Shown here: positions 50,365 through 62,562 of the stretch, one piece after another
Layout: every line of letters begins with the position of its first letter
Position numbering within the stretch: the stretch's first letter is position 1
Origin: Octopus vulgaris
Lineage: Eukaryota
Assembly (NCBI GenBank): GCA_951406725.2
Contig: OX597824.1
Span: forward strand, 47,244,001 to 47,308,000
Length of the DNA: 64,000 nt
Direction of reading: 5' to 3'
Program-made: the position numbers and the translations under genes
Notes under the pieces: generated by a model
What the model was told of the DNA's origin: nothing
Seen by the model: the letters and a program-made list of their open reading frames with translations, nothing else
The model's database searches: none

Positions 50365-50418
50365 CTTTTATCTTTCCGCAGATGAGCTCGAGTCCTAGAT
50401 GCCGAATTATTGGTTGCA
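50365..50418 (-). CDS. Candidate 54-nt RMDN exon (phase 2 to 2; ATNNSASRTRAHLRKDK)
   Basis: Polypyrimidine tract, aatcag| acceptor and AAAAG|gtaact donor. CpG-rich relative to its flanks and phase-compatible with the downstream exons. Confidence 0.55.
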
Positions 50419-50710
50419 CTGATTATCATCAAATAAAAGAAGAAGAAAAAGAAAATATAGAAGGAAATAGTTGTTTCAACTTATATGTATCTTTCTGGGG
50501 TGGCAAATGATTATTAACAGAACTGGTGAACATATCCATGACCTTATTGCTTAAAGGAATTTAATAATAGTTATAAGTAAACCTTCCTTCGTCACCTTTA
50601 ATTATGAAAATTATAAGCAATGATTAAAGACTGGTTGAAAAACAAAAACATAAAGCAGGAAAAGGTACATAAGGAATGACATTCAATCTGATCCAATATA
50701 TTTTAGAATG

Positions 50711-50912
50711 AAAGGTGGTGAGCTGGCAGAAACGTTAGCACACCAGGCGAAATGCTTAGTCTTTACATTCTGAGTTCAAATTCCACCAAGGTTGACTTTT
50801 GTCTTTCATCCTATCGGGGTCAATAAATTAAGTACCAACTGCATACTGGGGTCGATCTAATCAACTGGCCCCCTCCCCAAAAATTTCAGGCCTTGTGCCT
50901 AGAGTAGAAAAG
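50711..50912 (+). mobile_element. Family A SINE with perfect 16-bp TSD
   Basis: AATATATTTTAGAATG at 50695-50710 and 50913-50928. Confidence 0.92.
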
Positions 50913-51841
50913 AATATATTTTAGAATGGCTGGCAATAAATAACTTAAAGTCCTGAACACGGAGTGTTGAGATGAGAGTAGCATCAAATAAGGAGACAAT
51001 AATAGTTGATGATGATTCTAATAAGAGAGAGTTCATAAGACAACTTACTTAGCTCCATAGATTGCAACATAAAAAATAATCATAAAATTACAATGAACTC
51101 ATAAGGAATGTGAAAAATATCTGATTGTTATTATTGTAAATGATTCATGGGATAAATAGAACACTGAGGATGATCAGCAATTTTTCCTTCAATATTTGAA
51201 AAAATATTATAACTGAAGAACAGAGAGATATAGTAATACTGTTGTGTCTGGTACAGTCAAGTTATTGAAAGCTTTTAAATTGTTATTATTCAGACAACCA
51301 ATAAGTTTGAATTCTCTCAATATTCTGTCCATACCAGACAAAATATTGTTAACACATCTCACCTTAATTTATAGCATTTATTTCAATTATAAAAAAAGTA
51401 GGGGCTTAGGTTGTAACTGTGGCAGCAAATTGTCAGAATCAATAGAGCATTGGATAAAACATTATATGGCATTTGTGTATTTGATCCAGCTTTTTACATT
51501 CTGCCAAGGTCATCTTTACTTTTCATCCTTCTGCTAGATGTTGATAAAATAAAGTACTGGGTTGTATTTCTTTCCTCAAACTGTCATATTTTGGATGCTC
51601 TACCAGATCAAAGAAGAGAGACTTTAGCCGGTATCTGTATCTACTTGAACTACAGGGTCACTTAAAAACATTAGGGAAAGGTATGGTGGATGCTGATACC
51701 AAATAAAACTCAAGTGTGAGTGAAGGCTTTGATCTTTACTCACACGAGTTATGACCAGCTTTCAAGTGGCATTACAAAGTAACAATTAATATAGTAAGAA
51801 TAATACTACTAATAATGATATTAATCATTCTAAGATTACTT

Positions 51842-52095
51842 AAATGGATATCAAGGAAGCTAAGAAAATTAAGGAATATGAGGACCTAATCGAAGAGATG
51901 AAGAGATTGTGGAACACAAGAATGAAAATAGTTCTTGTGGTTATTGGTAAATTTGATACAATACTCAAAACTACAATTAAGAAACTAAAAGATATTGGAA
52001 TTGAGACCCGTAAAATAGACTTGTAGAGAAGTGCCACCCTGTAATCTGCAAAAATTCTAAGAAAGACCCTTAAGATTAAAGAGACTTGTTATCAC
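51842..52095 (+). mobile_element. Second R4/Dong-like 3' fragment
   Basis: KEAKKIKEYEDLIEEMKRLW...IVLVVIG is homologous to the 37.6 kb fragment, with a shared GAGACTTGTT after the ORF. Confidence 0.75.
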
Positions 52096-53156
52096 CAATA
52101 TTCCAAATATCTACTAATTATCAATAGCTTTTGTATGATAATAGGGACGATGATAATAATAGTTATACTAATAATAAAACTTCATTGTTTAAGTTGCTTC
52201 TGGTATGTGAAGCAATTAAAACTGCAATTCTATAAGATTACAGAATTGTCACCGTTCATATTCAAGCTAGTCAAAATTAGAGCATGTTATATTTGAATAA
52301 ATGCACTGTACCTTGGCAAAATATGAATTAGATTGGTTACGATAAATTCTAGGGAAACACTGCATACTTAAAATTATTTGATTTGTGCACAGAAGGAATA
52401 ATGGTCAGAGATAGTTAGCATATTTCATAGATCATTGACCACAGTTTTTTCAAATGCAAACATGTTGGTTTTTAGGTAAGCATTTATCTATAAGCTCTTC
52501 ATAACTGGAAATTAAGTCCAAAATCAATCTGCAAAGGTGTAGGACCTGCTAAATTGTAAATGCCTAAAGAATATATTATCTTGGTAAGCCACTTAAATAC
52601 AAATGAATGTTAAGTCATAAGATTAGATTTGCATTATTAAAACAGTTAACTCTTCATTGATTAGAATTCATAGCTGACTATCTATCTCTCTAGAGGTTTA
52701 ATGCAGAATTGCACATTTGCATACAGACTAATGTAATAATTGATAACTGTAAATGATTTGCTATGTGAAACATGCTATGATAGTTATTATTGCGAAGTAA
52801 ACCATTGAAACCATTTAAAATTTTTTTTTTAAATCTAGTCACTGAGATTAACAAAAATATAGGGAGAAAACAACACGAGCTAAAAATGAAAGAAACACCC
52901 AAACTTTATCAGGTAATCAATAAATTGAAATATCAAAATGATGAATTGCAAATACCTGTTTTATTTTTATTCATATCAATATTTTTTATCTATATTTATC
53001 AATTTTATTAATTTTTTTATTTATAATCATCATTTTTTATTTATATTTTTATCTATATTTATTAATTCTTTAGCATTTTTTTAACAATTCTATTTGTCAA
53101 GATTAAAGAAAGATGTCAATACACCACATCAATATTTTAATACTTCTAACCTTACC

Positions 53157-53365
53157 AAGGCAGCAAACTGGCAGAACCATTAACACACCAGACAAAATGC
53201 TTAGCAACATTTTGTCCATCTTTACATTTCAAGTTCAAATTCTGCTGAGGTCAACTCTATCTTTCATCCTTTCAGGGTCGATAAAATAAGCACCAGTTGT
53301 ACACTGGGATCGATGTAATCGACCTACCAAATTTGTTGGCGTTGTGCCAAACTTCGAAACCAATA
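53157..53365 (+). mobile_element. Family A SINE with TSD (CTAACCTTAC)
   Basis: SINE core with a flanking direct repeat. Confidence 0.82.
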
Positions 53366-53821
53366 TTGCTAACCTTACACTTCGTTAATTAGCAGGACCT
53401 TAAAAATAAAAATGTCCAAATAAATTTATCTTGGGTTTAGAAAAGGAATTTAGGGATACAACTCTAATCATCCTGATTCATAATATTCTAAGAATATATG
53501 AAGAATTGAGTTGGCTTTGTAACTGCTAAATACCAAGATATTCATAAAAGCAAATCCAAAATCACAATTCAATCTGCTTTATCCAAAATAAAGAAAAAGA
53601 TATTCACAAAGAGTAATAAGCCTTAAGTATTCAGATTACTGTCAAATGTAATGCATATAGATCCACATTGTTTTGAATTAATCAAGCATTATTGTGTAGC
53701 TTCAAGACTGATGTAATTGTTTATTTTTACAATAACATTGTAGGATAGGTGTGAGGAGCTGGATCTGGTCAATTTGAACATAAAACCAGTAGAATATTAT
53801 GACCGTACATGGTCAGTTTAA

Positions 53822-54041
53822 CACTTTCGTTACCAACCCAGCTGAAACCAGCTCTGGCTCTGTGTACAAATGTCTTGTTTTCATAAGTTTTGAATTAAAA
53901 TCTTCCACCAAACCTTAGTCACAATTTATGTTCCTAACACCAGCTGAATGATAACTATGTTATTTTACTAAATTCTTTGTTATATTTAAAGTAATTGAAA
54001 GAAATACAGAGCATCTCAAAATAAATACAGTAACAAATGGG
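53822..54041. mobile_element. TTAA MITE nested inside another TTAA-type MITE (about 53620-54060)
   Basis: TTAA|CACTTTCGTTAC ... GTAACAAATGGG|TTAA. The flanks join into the family seen at 9382-9592. Confidence 0.82.
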
Positions 54042-54334
54042 TTAAATACTAAAAGATTAAAACAAGTATTTAATCTAAATGCCACCATCCCATAAAAATT
54101 TCTTGTAACAAGACATTCAGAACAGATTTGCAATACTCATTTGAATTGGTCCCCGAATATGACTGGATTGTTTTATTCATCCTAGAAGAAAAAAATAATT
54201 ATGCTGACCCCAGCAAGAGTTGAAAGCTAGTAGAACTCAGTATGACTAACAAAAATATGTAGTGTAATAAAACAGTACCTCACAAATTGCTCTGGACCAG
54301 TGACGCAGTATATTAGCCATTCAACTGTTGACCG

Positions 54335-54620
54335 TAACCAATATCTATAGTACTAACAAGTGTCCATCATACTACTAGAAGATAAAGTACTAACCGACAT
54401 GTGTCATACTAACCAGTATCTATAAAACTAACCAATATCTATAGATCTAACTAGAATCTATAATACTAATGGGTATCTAATCATACTACTCAGTATCTAT
54501 AGTACTAACCATTATATATTTATATATGTATAAATATAATCATTTAATGTACTTATATCCAGTACAGTACCTATAAGTATTAACCAGTGTCTATAGTACT
54601 AAACAATATATATAAGCACT
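54335..54620. repeat. Degenerate ~19-bp minisatellite (ACTAACCAGTATCTATAGT)
   Basis: At least ten imperfect units are visible. Confidence 0.75.
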
Positions 54621-55489
54621 TAATGTGCTCAACTGCTTCTGAATCATACAAATCTGAATTGCATTCAATGCTGACATGGATTGGACTCATCAATGTTACA
54701 GGCAATTCACAAGCCATAAATGGGACAGCAGTAAAAACAAAATGGCATAATGGCTATAATATTAAAGCTCAAAGGTTTTCAGTTCAAGTCCATTGTAAAC
54801 ATTTCAGTGTTTATAAAAAAGCACATGCCACAATTGATGGTACATATGTTCACCCAAGACAACACAATTCTACATGCCACAGTTCACCTAAGTGTACCAG
54901 ATCCTTCAAGAACTTACTTGAGATAAACATAGCCATGAGGGATTTCTCTCATTCAGTTAACATGAAAAGCAGATGGCCCTGGTGAGACATGTCTATAACC
55001 TAGTTTTGTTTTTTTTTTATTCCAATTTACAAATTACTTTAAAATCAGGTCACATTTAAAGTCTTGAGCAAGAAAGGCACTGCCAAGTTCCCCTTCTCTT
55101 GGCATTACATAAATACATAAATTTTTTCATGGTACCTCATATAAGTAATGTTATATTAAGGATTCCACCAATACCATATCCACTATCATCAATCAATGTG
55201 ACAGACAATTCCTTAAGGTTTTAATACTGCACATTGACCATATTTTATATTACTACTACAAAACATGTTACTAATGAAAATAAGTGTATACATATACAAA
55301 TAATAGTAAAGAATATTTTAAGTGATTTGACATTAAGCTTGATACTGTACTGAAAATTTCTTCTTTTCCAACATTTACTACAATTTTATTGCACTGTTTT
55401 TACTATAACATTACTAATACAATTTTAACATATACACCAGTTGTCCATCACAGGGCAATGTTAACTGCTCTGTTCAGAAATCATCTCTG

Positions 55490-55840
55490 ATAGGCTCACA
55501 TGTGGGCTACAAAGCCTGCACTTGATCTGCAGGTAAAGTTACTTGACATAACAGAGAAGTGACACCTCTCATGTGCTCGTTTGTATTCTCTCTGTTGTTT
55601 CTCCTCAATGACTGAAATTAACAAGCATCAACAATCAGTGTCAGTCATCATGTTGCAAGGCATTCTCCTCTGGAGAGATGCTGGAGTTCTTCATATGTCC
55701 CTTCAGCACATCTCTGGCCATTATGGCTCCACTTGCCCTGATGCAATTCAGTGTAGAAAAATGCCCTTGGGAGCCTGTTGCCCTCTATCCTTGAAACATG
55801 TCCCGCCCAGTACAGCTGTGATGAGGTAATGCAACACGTA
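55490..55840 (-). mobile_element. RTE-clade LINE ORF C-terminal fragment
   Basis: WAGHVSRIEGNRLPRAFFYTELHQGK...GQR and terminal CRSSAGFVAHM zinc-finger-like remnant. Confidence 0.75.
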
Positions 55841-56753
55841 AGTGATATAAAGTAAACTTTATTTCAGATTGTTAAATAAGAAGAAACTAACAATTCTATT
55901 GTTTAAAGATATCAACCTTCTGAACTTGGGTATGTAATAATGCACAGCCAAACAAGGCTTTGTTAATGGGTTTGGTGAATGAAGGATGAAAGAGGCCTGT
56001 CATATGTGCATGCGAGTTTTTATCTCCTTGCCTTGGTATCATGTACTTACTGCAATCAATCATCACCATCAGACAAGCAGTGTTGTTTGTTTGCAATCTA
56101 CCATGAAAACAAGGTAAGCCATTGTGCTGTTCATATTTGAAGGAATAGAGGAAATATTACCATGCTTGAAACCAGGCATGGTTGGTAACAGAAAGAACTT
56201 GAATGTAGAAAACTCTGCATCAACAAATTTCATCTGACCCATGCAAGCAAGAAAAAGTGGATGTTAAAATGATGATAGTATATATGTATGTATGTGTGTG
56301 TGTGTATATGTATTTTATTATCTGCCCAAATACAGAAGATTGATATGTTAAACATTATTAGATTCTTCTTACATACATTACACACACACATTTATATTCT
56401 TGCAAAGTATAGCAGAATAATTAAATTTGCTTTGCAAGCATGAGGTGTCAGTTTCAAATCTGCCGTGTGGCATCTTAGGCATCATTTTCTATAGCTTCAT
56501 GTAAGCCCATGCCTTTTGACTTAAATTGGGTAGATGGAAACTGCATGGAAACCTGTCAAATGGATTGTACATTCAAAGCTCCAGTCTTGTCACACAGTCA
56601 AACTGATTCCATTTGAGAAATGCATTAAGGTCACATGTGTCTATGGAATACTCAGCATCATATGTTAATTCAATGAGCCTGGTAATTCAGTTGGTCACAC
56701 AACTGAACACTCATGGATTGCTTTCTGACCAGGATCCATTTTTATCTCTCTCA

Positions 56754-56805
<52 letters not shown>

Positions 56806-58856
56806 AGTGGGTCTACCAACCCACTGGGTTTTATGAGTACTACTAAGTACCTAGAACTCAGTCAGCTTGGTAAGGTGCACTGCTTCCAAGTAGTAGCCAA
56901 ATGATAAGTTGAAATCAGGACTATAAACTAACAAAACCTTTGTTAATTTTAGTAGTGGCTTGTTCAAGAATATATTTACAGCTCACCACTTAAGATTTAA
57001 GTTTCTTGGCCAAATTCAATTCAGTGCCATGATTTGAATCACTAAGTTTATCTAGTGTTGTCAACATAATCACTCATACTCTGATATAGTTTCATAAGTA
57101 CCAATGTTAGAAATGTATTAATTTGTTGCAAATTTTTTTTCCACACAGTATTAAATAAAATATTGCTTAAGCCTTTGCCAGTCTGAAGCATTTCCATAAC
57201 ATTGTAAACAAGCATGGATGTTTAAAACAGACATTCTTTTTGGAACCTCAGATTATCAGCCAAGTGTCCTGTGCATTACATGTGAAGCACAATAGCCAGG
57301 CAGACAGAGAGATAGAGATATTGCACAATAGCCAGACAGAGAGAGAGAGATATATGGCTTGCATATTTCATACAAGGGGTTTACCACATGTGTGTATATG
57401 TGCATGTGTTAGGACTGCACAATAAACTGAATTAACAAGCAAACTGAACTTCACAGACTGATAATACCATGCAATTTACTGCATTCAATAAAATATATAG
57501 AAACACCCAAATAAAAACCAGTCAGTACAATTAGGCAACTTTTCTTTCCCTCATCCCAACTTCCTATTCATTTTTTTTTTATTTATTGTCCAGATACCAG
57601 TTTAGTTAAATGAATGTAAAAGACCTATATTTTTGTCATTTATCACGTGATACTTCTTGTTAATGCCACAGAGCTTGGACTATGTCCTTTAGTGTGTCTA
57701 TTGTTTTTTTTTTTTACTCTATCAAATATACAATAAAACTTTTATTCTCTCTGCTGCCTCTAAAAAAAAAAAAAAACCCATTTTATGACCTACAATGAAG
57801 CTTTCATAAAATTTCGTCTCAGAAAATTAATATATTATACAGTTGGCAGTAGGAGGTAATGAGCATTGCAACAGTAAAACAACAAAAAAAAAATCTGAAC
57901 TGTCAACTCACAAAATAAAACAATAATTAAATAATGTGAAAGACATGATGGTACAAATTTAATGCCTGAGTTAGTCTCTTGTTACTTGAAACAAAACCAC
58001 CCATTTTAAAGTGTTTATAGCTAAATTAAAACCTTTCATCATAATTTTATATTCCAAACACCAACTTCATAATTAAAACATGATTTTTATTAAATTCCTC
58101 AAGATACTTGATTAGTTTCAAAATTAACTGAAACTTACGGAACTTTATTTCATTAAAAATATGATCCCATGTGGGTTAAAACATGTAAGATTTAGATACC
58201 ACAAAGAAATTCAAACTGTGCTATGTCTTTGTAATTGTTGAGTTCAGCTCAAGTAGCCATATAACACTAATATGAAGGTATGATTCCAGTATGCCAGTTT
58301 GTATTAGTTTGTTGTAGTCACTGTATAGTAATTGTAAATCTATAACTAGGAGATAGATTGAACAGCCCTGATGCTATGATATGATTACAGCATGAGCTAA
58401 GCTTCATAAGATTTTTGTCTGAGCCACAACAATCTTATGTAGACATACTACACCATGATATAGAACTAAAACCACGTGAATCCCATTCTTAAAACAGCAA
58501 GAATTTTCTTGAGATAGAGTTTAGCAACTACACAAAAGTTTCCATACTTGTTTATGAGCCAGCATGTTACATTAGAAGAAAAATACTACTGTTTGCCAGA
58601 CAACTGGTACCACCATTTCATTGGTGTTATTAACACGAAACATCCAGAAGTTGCAAAACGCATTTAATTGAATAATTTATAAACATCTATCAAAAGCCAA
58701 GTAAACTATCCCACTATCCCATGTAGTTAGATAGAAGAAAAACAAAAACAAAGTTTTTAAAATATAAATTAATAAAATAAAAATAATCTGTTTTGTTTCA
58801 TTTTTGCTGGGAGTTTTTTTTATGTAACTTTGTCATACTATTTCACCCTTGTTCAC

Positions 58857-58933
58857 CTTGTCAGTGACTCATCTGAATGTTTTCCAAGTTTACCCAAAGC
58901 ATATTGCTTAGACATTGATACTTGCTTTTGGCA
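58857..58933 (-). CDS. Weak candidate upstream exon (phase 0 to 2; CQKQVSMSKQYALGKLGKHSDESLT), may contain the start codon
   Basis: Pyrimidine tract with gacaag| acceptor, ACAAG|gtgaac donor, open frame ending in phase 2. No homology support. Confidence 0.25.
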
Positions 58934-59499
58934 CTTGTCAATATGAAAAAGAAACTTGCATTTCAAAATAGCCCCGAAATCTTGACAGGCTTTTAGAGCT
59001 AAAATCAAAATAAAATATGATTTACAGTAATACTGCATCAAAAAGATGAGCAAAGTGTTCTGTAAAATACTCTAAGTATTATATAAGCTTATTTTATTAA
59101 GCTCCTCTCTTTCTCAATGATAACAATGATGGTCATTAGATAGGATAGTGAGCAATCAGTGGAGGAGGCTCATATTTCATGACAAAAGTCATCTTAATAT
59201 GGCCATGGCCAAGGCACTTGGCTCTCGACAACTAAGTCCACTTAACTCCAAAGAGTTACCACATGTTGACATAGCCCACTAATCTAAACAGATGTAGTTC
59301 TGTAGAATTGATATTTCTTTGGTTTGCAATTCCTCCTACAAGAAAAACAACTTGTAATGAAGCAACAACCGGTATTAGGAAAAGAATTATTTCTCATCCA
59401 TGTTTTGCTGCAGAAGACCTGCGTAATCCAAAAATGCTTTGGAGCCAAAGGTTCTAGAAAATTCAATATTGTACCTACCTACCTACATACATATTCTTT

Positions 59500-60720
59500 T
59501 AATCTTCTACTTGTTTCACTCATTTGACTGTGGCTATTCAGGAGCACTGCCTTAAAGGGTTTTAGTCGAAAAAATTGACCCAAGGACTTATTCTTTGTAA
59601 GCCTAGTACTTATTTTATCAGTCTTTTTTGCTGAACTGCTAAATTATGGGAACATAAACATACCAACATCAGTTGTCAAGCGATGGTGGGGGGAAAAACA
59701 CAGCACAAAGATACACATATAAATATATATACAGGCTGGCCCAAAAGTAGGTTTACAGCTAGTCAACTATCTCTTTCACATTCTTATATTAACAGTTTAG
59801 ATCTTAATTATAAAAAAAATATGAAACCATTATTCTATGCTAATTTAGTTAATTTTATCAAGCTCCTTTTTCAGTTTGTAAGAAAGAAATTTAAATGTAA
59901 TAAAATATTTTAAAAGAAATTTCAGGTGCCTACGTGATAGCTGTAAACCTACTTTTGGGCCACCCTGTATGTATATATCATCATCATCATCATCGTTTAA
60001 CGTCCGTTCTCCATGCTAGCATGAATTGGACGGTTCGACCGGGGATCTGGGAAGCCAGAAGGCTGCACCAGGCTCCGGTCTTATCTGGCAAAGTTTCTAC
60101 AGCTGGATGCCCTTCCTAACGCCAACCACTCCGAGAGTGTAGTGGATGCTTTTTACGTGCCACCTGCACTGGTGCCAGGCGAGGCTGGCATCGGCCACGG
60201 TCGGATTGGTGCATTTTACGTGCCACCTGCACGGAAGCCAGTCGAGGCGGCACTGGCTTCGGCCACGATTCGGATGGTGCTTTTTACGTGCCACCGACAC
60301 AGAAGCGAGTCGAAGCGGGGCTGGCATCGGCCACGATTCAGATAGTGCTTTTTACGTATCTCCAGTCTAGGGGTCCTGGCATCTGCTGGGTGCCAGTCAT
60401 AGGATTGGTTCAATTTCGATTCCGATTTCACTTGCCCCAACAGGTCTTCACAAGCAAAGGGGGCATAGATGCCTGTCTTTGGATGAGGTTCGATATCGAC
60501 TTCGCTTGCCTCAACAGGTCTTTGTGTGTCCAAGGGAGGAATATATATATATATACACACACACACATATACACACAACAGGTTACATTCAGTTTCCCTC
60601 TACCAAATCCTCTTACAAGGCTTTGGTCAGTCCAAAGCTTTAGTAGAAGACACTTGCCCAAGGTGCCATGCAGTGGGACTGAACCCAGAACCATGTGGCT
60701 GGGAAGTAAGCTTCTTCCCC
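59500..60720 (-). mobile_element. Family B SINE split by a Tc1 MITE and a family C element with internal ~60-bp tandem units
   Basis: SINE B tail at 59500-59730 and head at 60540-60720. The inserts sit in its central (TA)/(CA) tract. Confidence 0.75.
59732..59967. mobile_element. Tc1/mariner-type MITE, 236 bp
   Basis: TA|CAGGCTGGCCCAAAAGTAGGTTTACAGCTA ... TAGCTGTAAACCTACTTTTGGGCCACCCTG|TA. Confidence 0.9.
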
Positions 60721-62258
60721 CTCCACATACACACACACATATACATACAATGGGCTTTTTTCACATCTATCATTGTAAATAGCTGACAAGGAGCCAATGT
60801 TCAGAGTGCCTCAGGTAATATCTGGGCCATCATAATTGGTGGCAGCAGCAGTATCTGAGGAAGATCTCTTGATAAGAAAAATAAAAAGTATCTTTTCCAC
60901 TATCAGTAACTCAATAACCAAGTCTATAACAGTGTATCAACTACTTCAATGGTTCTTAACCTAGGTGACAATGCTCAATGCTTCATTAGGACAGTAAATG
61001 CCAAGAGCTGCAGCTGTTTAGAGGGGTTATTTTTCTTAGCAATAAAATATTTAAACCAGGTACAACGTTTATTAATTTAAATATATTTTTACAAAATATC
61101 TTGAGCAGAAACATGACTGGTGGTGTGTCAAGTTCCAATATAATTTCATTACATAAAGAGTAGGCATGAATGTGTGGTTAAGAAGTTTACTTTGCAGCTG
61201 TGTAATTTTGGGTTCAGTTCCACTGTGCAGAACCTTCAGCAAGTGTCAGACCTTGTGTGAGAATTTGGGTGATGGAAACTGAAAGAAGCCTGTTATGTGC
61301 ATTCACACACATGTTTACAATCAGTGCTGAGCTGCTGCTATAAACAGTGATGTTTGTTTATATTTCATGTCAACAAATCATCCACTATCTCTGTGCTTCC
61401 TAATTCCACTGGAATTTTAAAAAATACTTTACTTGAAAACCAGTTAATGGTTGGCAACATGAAGAGCAGCCAGACTTGAAAAATTCTACCCCAAGTACCT
61501 CCTTACCTAATACATACCAGCATAGAGAAAACATAGATGAACAAACAAATGTGTGTGTGTGTGTGAAAACAATTGCAATGACTGTTTCAAGTAAATAATC
61601 ATAGGTCTAGTTGAGTGTTTTGAGTGTTTTGTTCATTGAACAAAATACTGCACATACAGTCAATTTTATCCTTTTGTATCTGACATAGTAACTCATTTTT
61701 ACATATAACACACACATGCATTACACACAGACACATTCATACAACTAGCATCATCAGTGTTTGTATTACATCTGTTGTTCTTTTATGCACCATTACTATA
61801 AATCTTTCCTGTTCCATGATAGTCGATGATGTTAAGAAGGTCTCCTAGCCATCTAATCAAATGTCTGAAGTTCTGAAATGAATTACAATTATTAAAAGAC
61901 TAATTATTCAAACTATTCTGAGTGTGTACATTACTCCAGGCAGGATAGATTTAGGAATAAAAGTTCCTTGTTTGAATCCAGTCTAGGACAATATACATAT
62001 TTAGCAAACATAGCACCCATTGAGAATTGGGACTAGGACTCCAACCAAATTAAAACACAGTGTAAAGATAAATATTGTAGACAAACACTCTGAAAAGGTA
62101 AAGTTAATAGGTTAAAAAATTATTCTAAGAACAACTATCTTAAATGGAATCAGCATGGAGAAAACAAACATTTAAAATAAAGAAATTAAGTAGATTGTTC
62201 AGTTACAGCTCATATACTATTGTCAAACACCAATATAGTCATAAAAGTTTGTACTTAA

Positions 62259-62473
62259 ACCCTTTTGTTACCATACTTCTACTGAAAAACAGTGTTTTTG
62301 TTACAATTCATTTTGGAAATAATTTATTGAAATTGCTATCATTATTAAGCTGGTGTTTAGAACATAAATCAGCATGAAATTTTGAATGAAGGTTTTAATT
62401 TAGATCCCTTTACAATAGGAAAATTTGTTATCATAGAAGTAGGGACAGTCTTGGATGGGTTGGCATCTAATGG
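62259..62473. mobile_element. TTAA-type MITE (reverse copy of the 53822 family)
   Basis: TTAA-flanked, with a CCCTTTTGTTAC terminus and homologous interior. Confidence 0.7.
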
Positions 62474-62545
62474 TTAAGCAATTAAAATTTAGTTTTAAAT
62501 AATTCACCCATTTATGAATTAAGTTTAGTTTTTAGGTAAAGTTAC

Positions 62546-62562
62546 CTTGGTAATAATTAGAC
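62546..62562 (-). other. Candidate 17-nt micro-exon (UTR or coding)
   Basis: ctttctatttcag|GTCTAATTATTACCAAG|gtaact has strong splice sites. The reading frame cannot be determined. Confidence 0.3.

Noticed and set aside
50382-50510. Plus-strand acceptor-like site followed by ATG and a short ORF
   Set aside because: No supporting plus-strand gene was found. The minus-strand reading has both splice sites and the required phase.
54587-54985. 132-aa plus-strand ORF
   Set aside because: It starts in a minisatellite with a non-ATG codon and has no recognisable domain or splice context.
55566-55611. Phase 1-to-2 candidate exon IEEKQQREYKRAHE that would bridge the 62546 and 50418 exons
   Set aside because: It lies inside an RTE LINE C-terminal remnant that explains the open frame, and the donor (GTGTCA) is weak. 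Exonisation cannot be excluded without RNA data.
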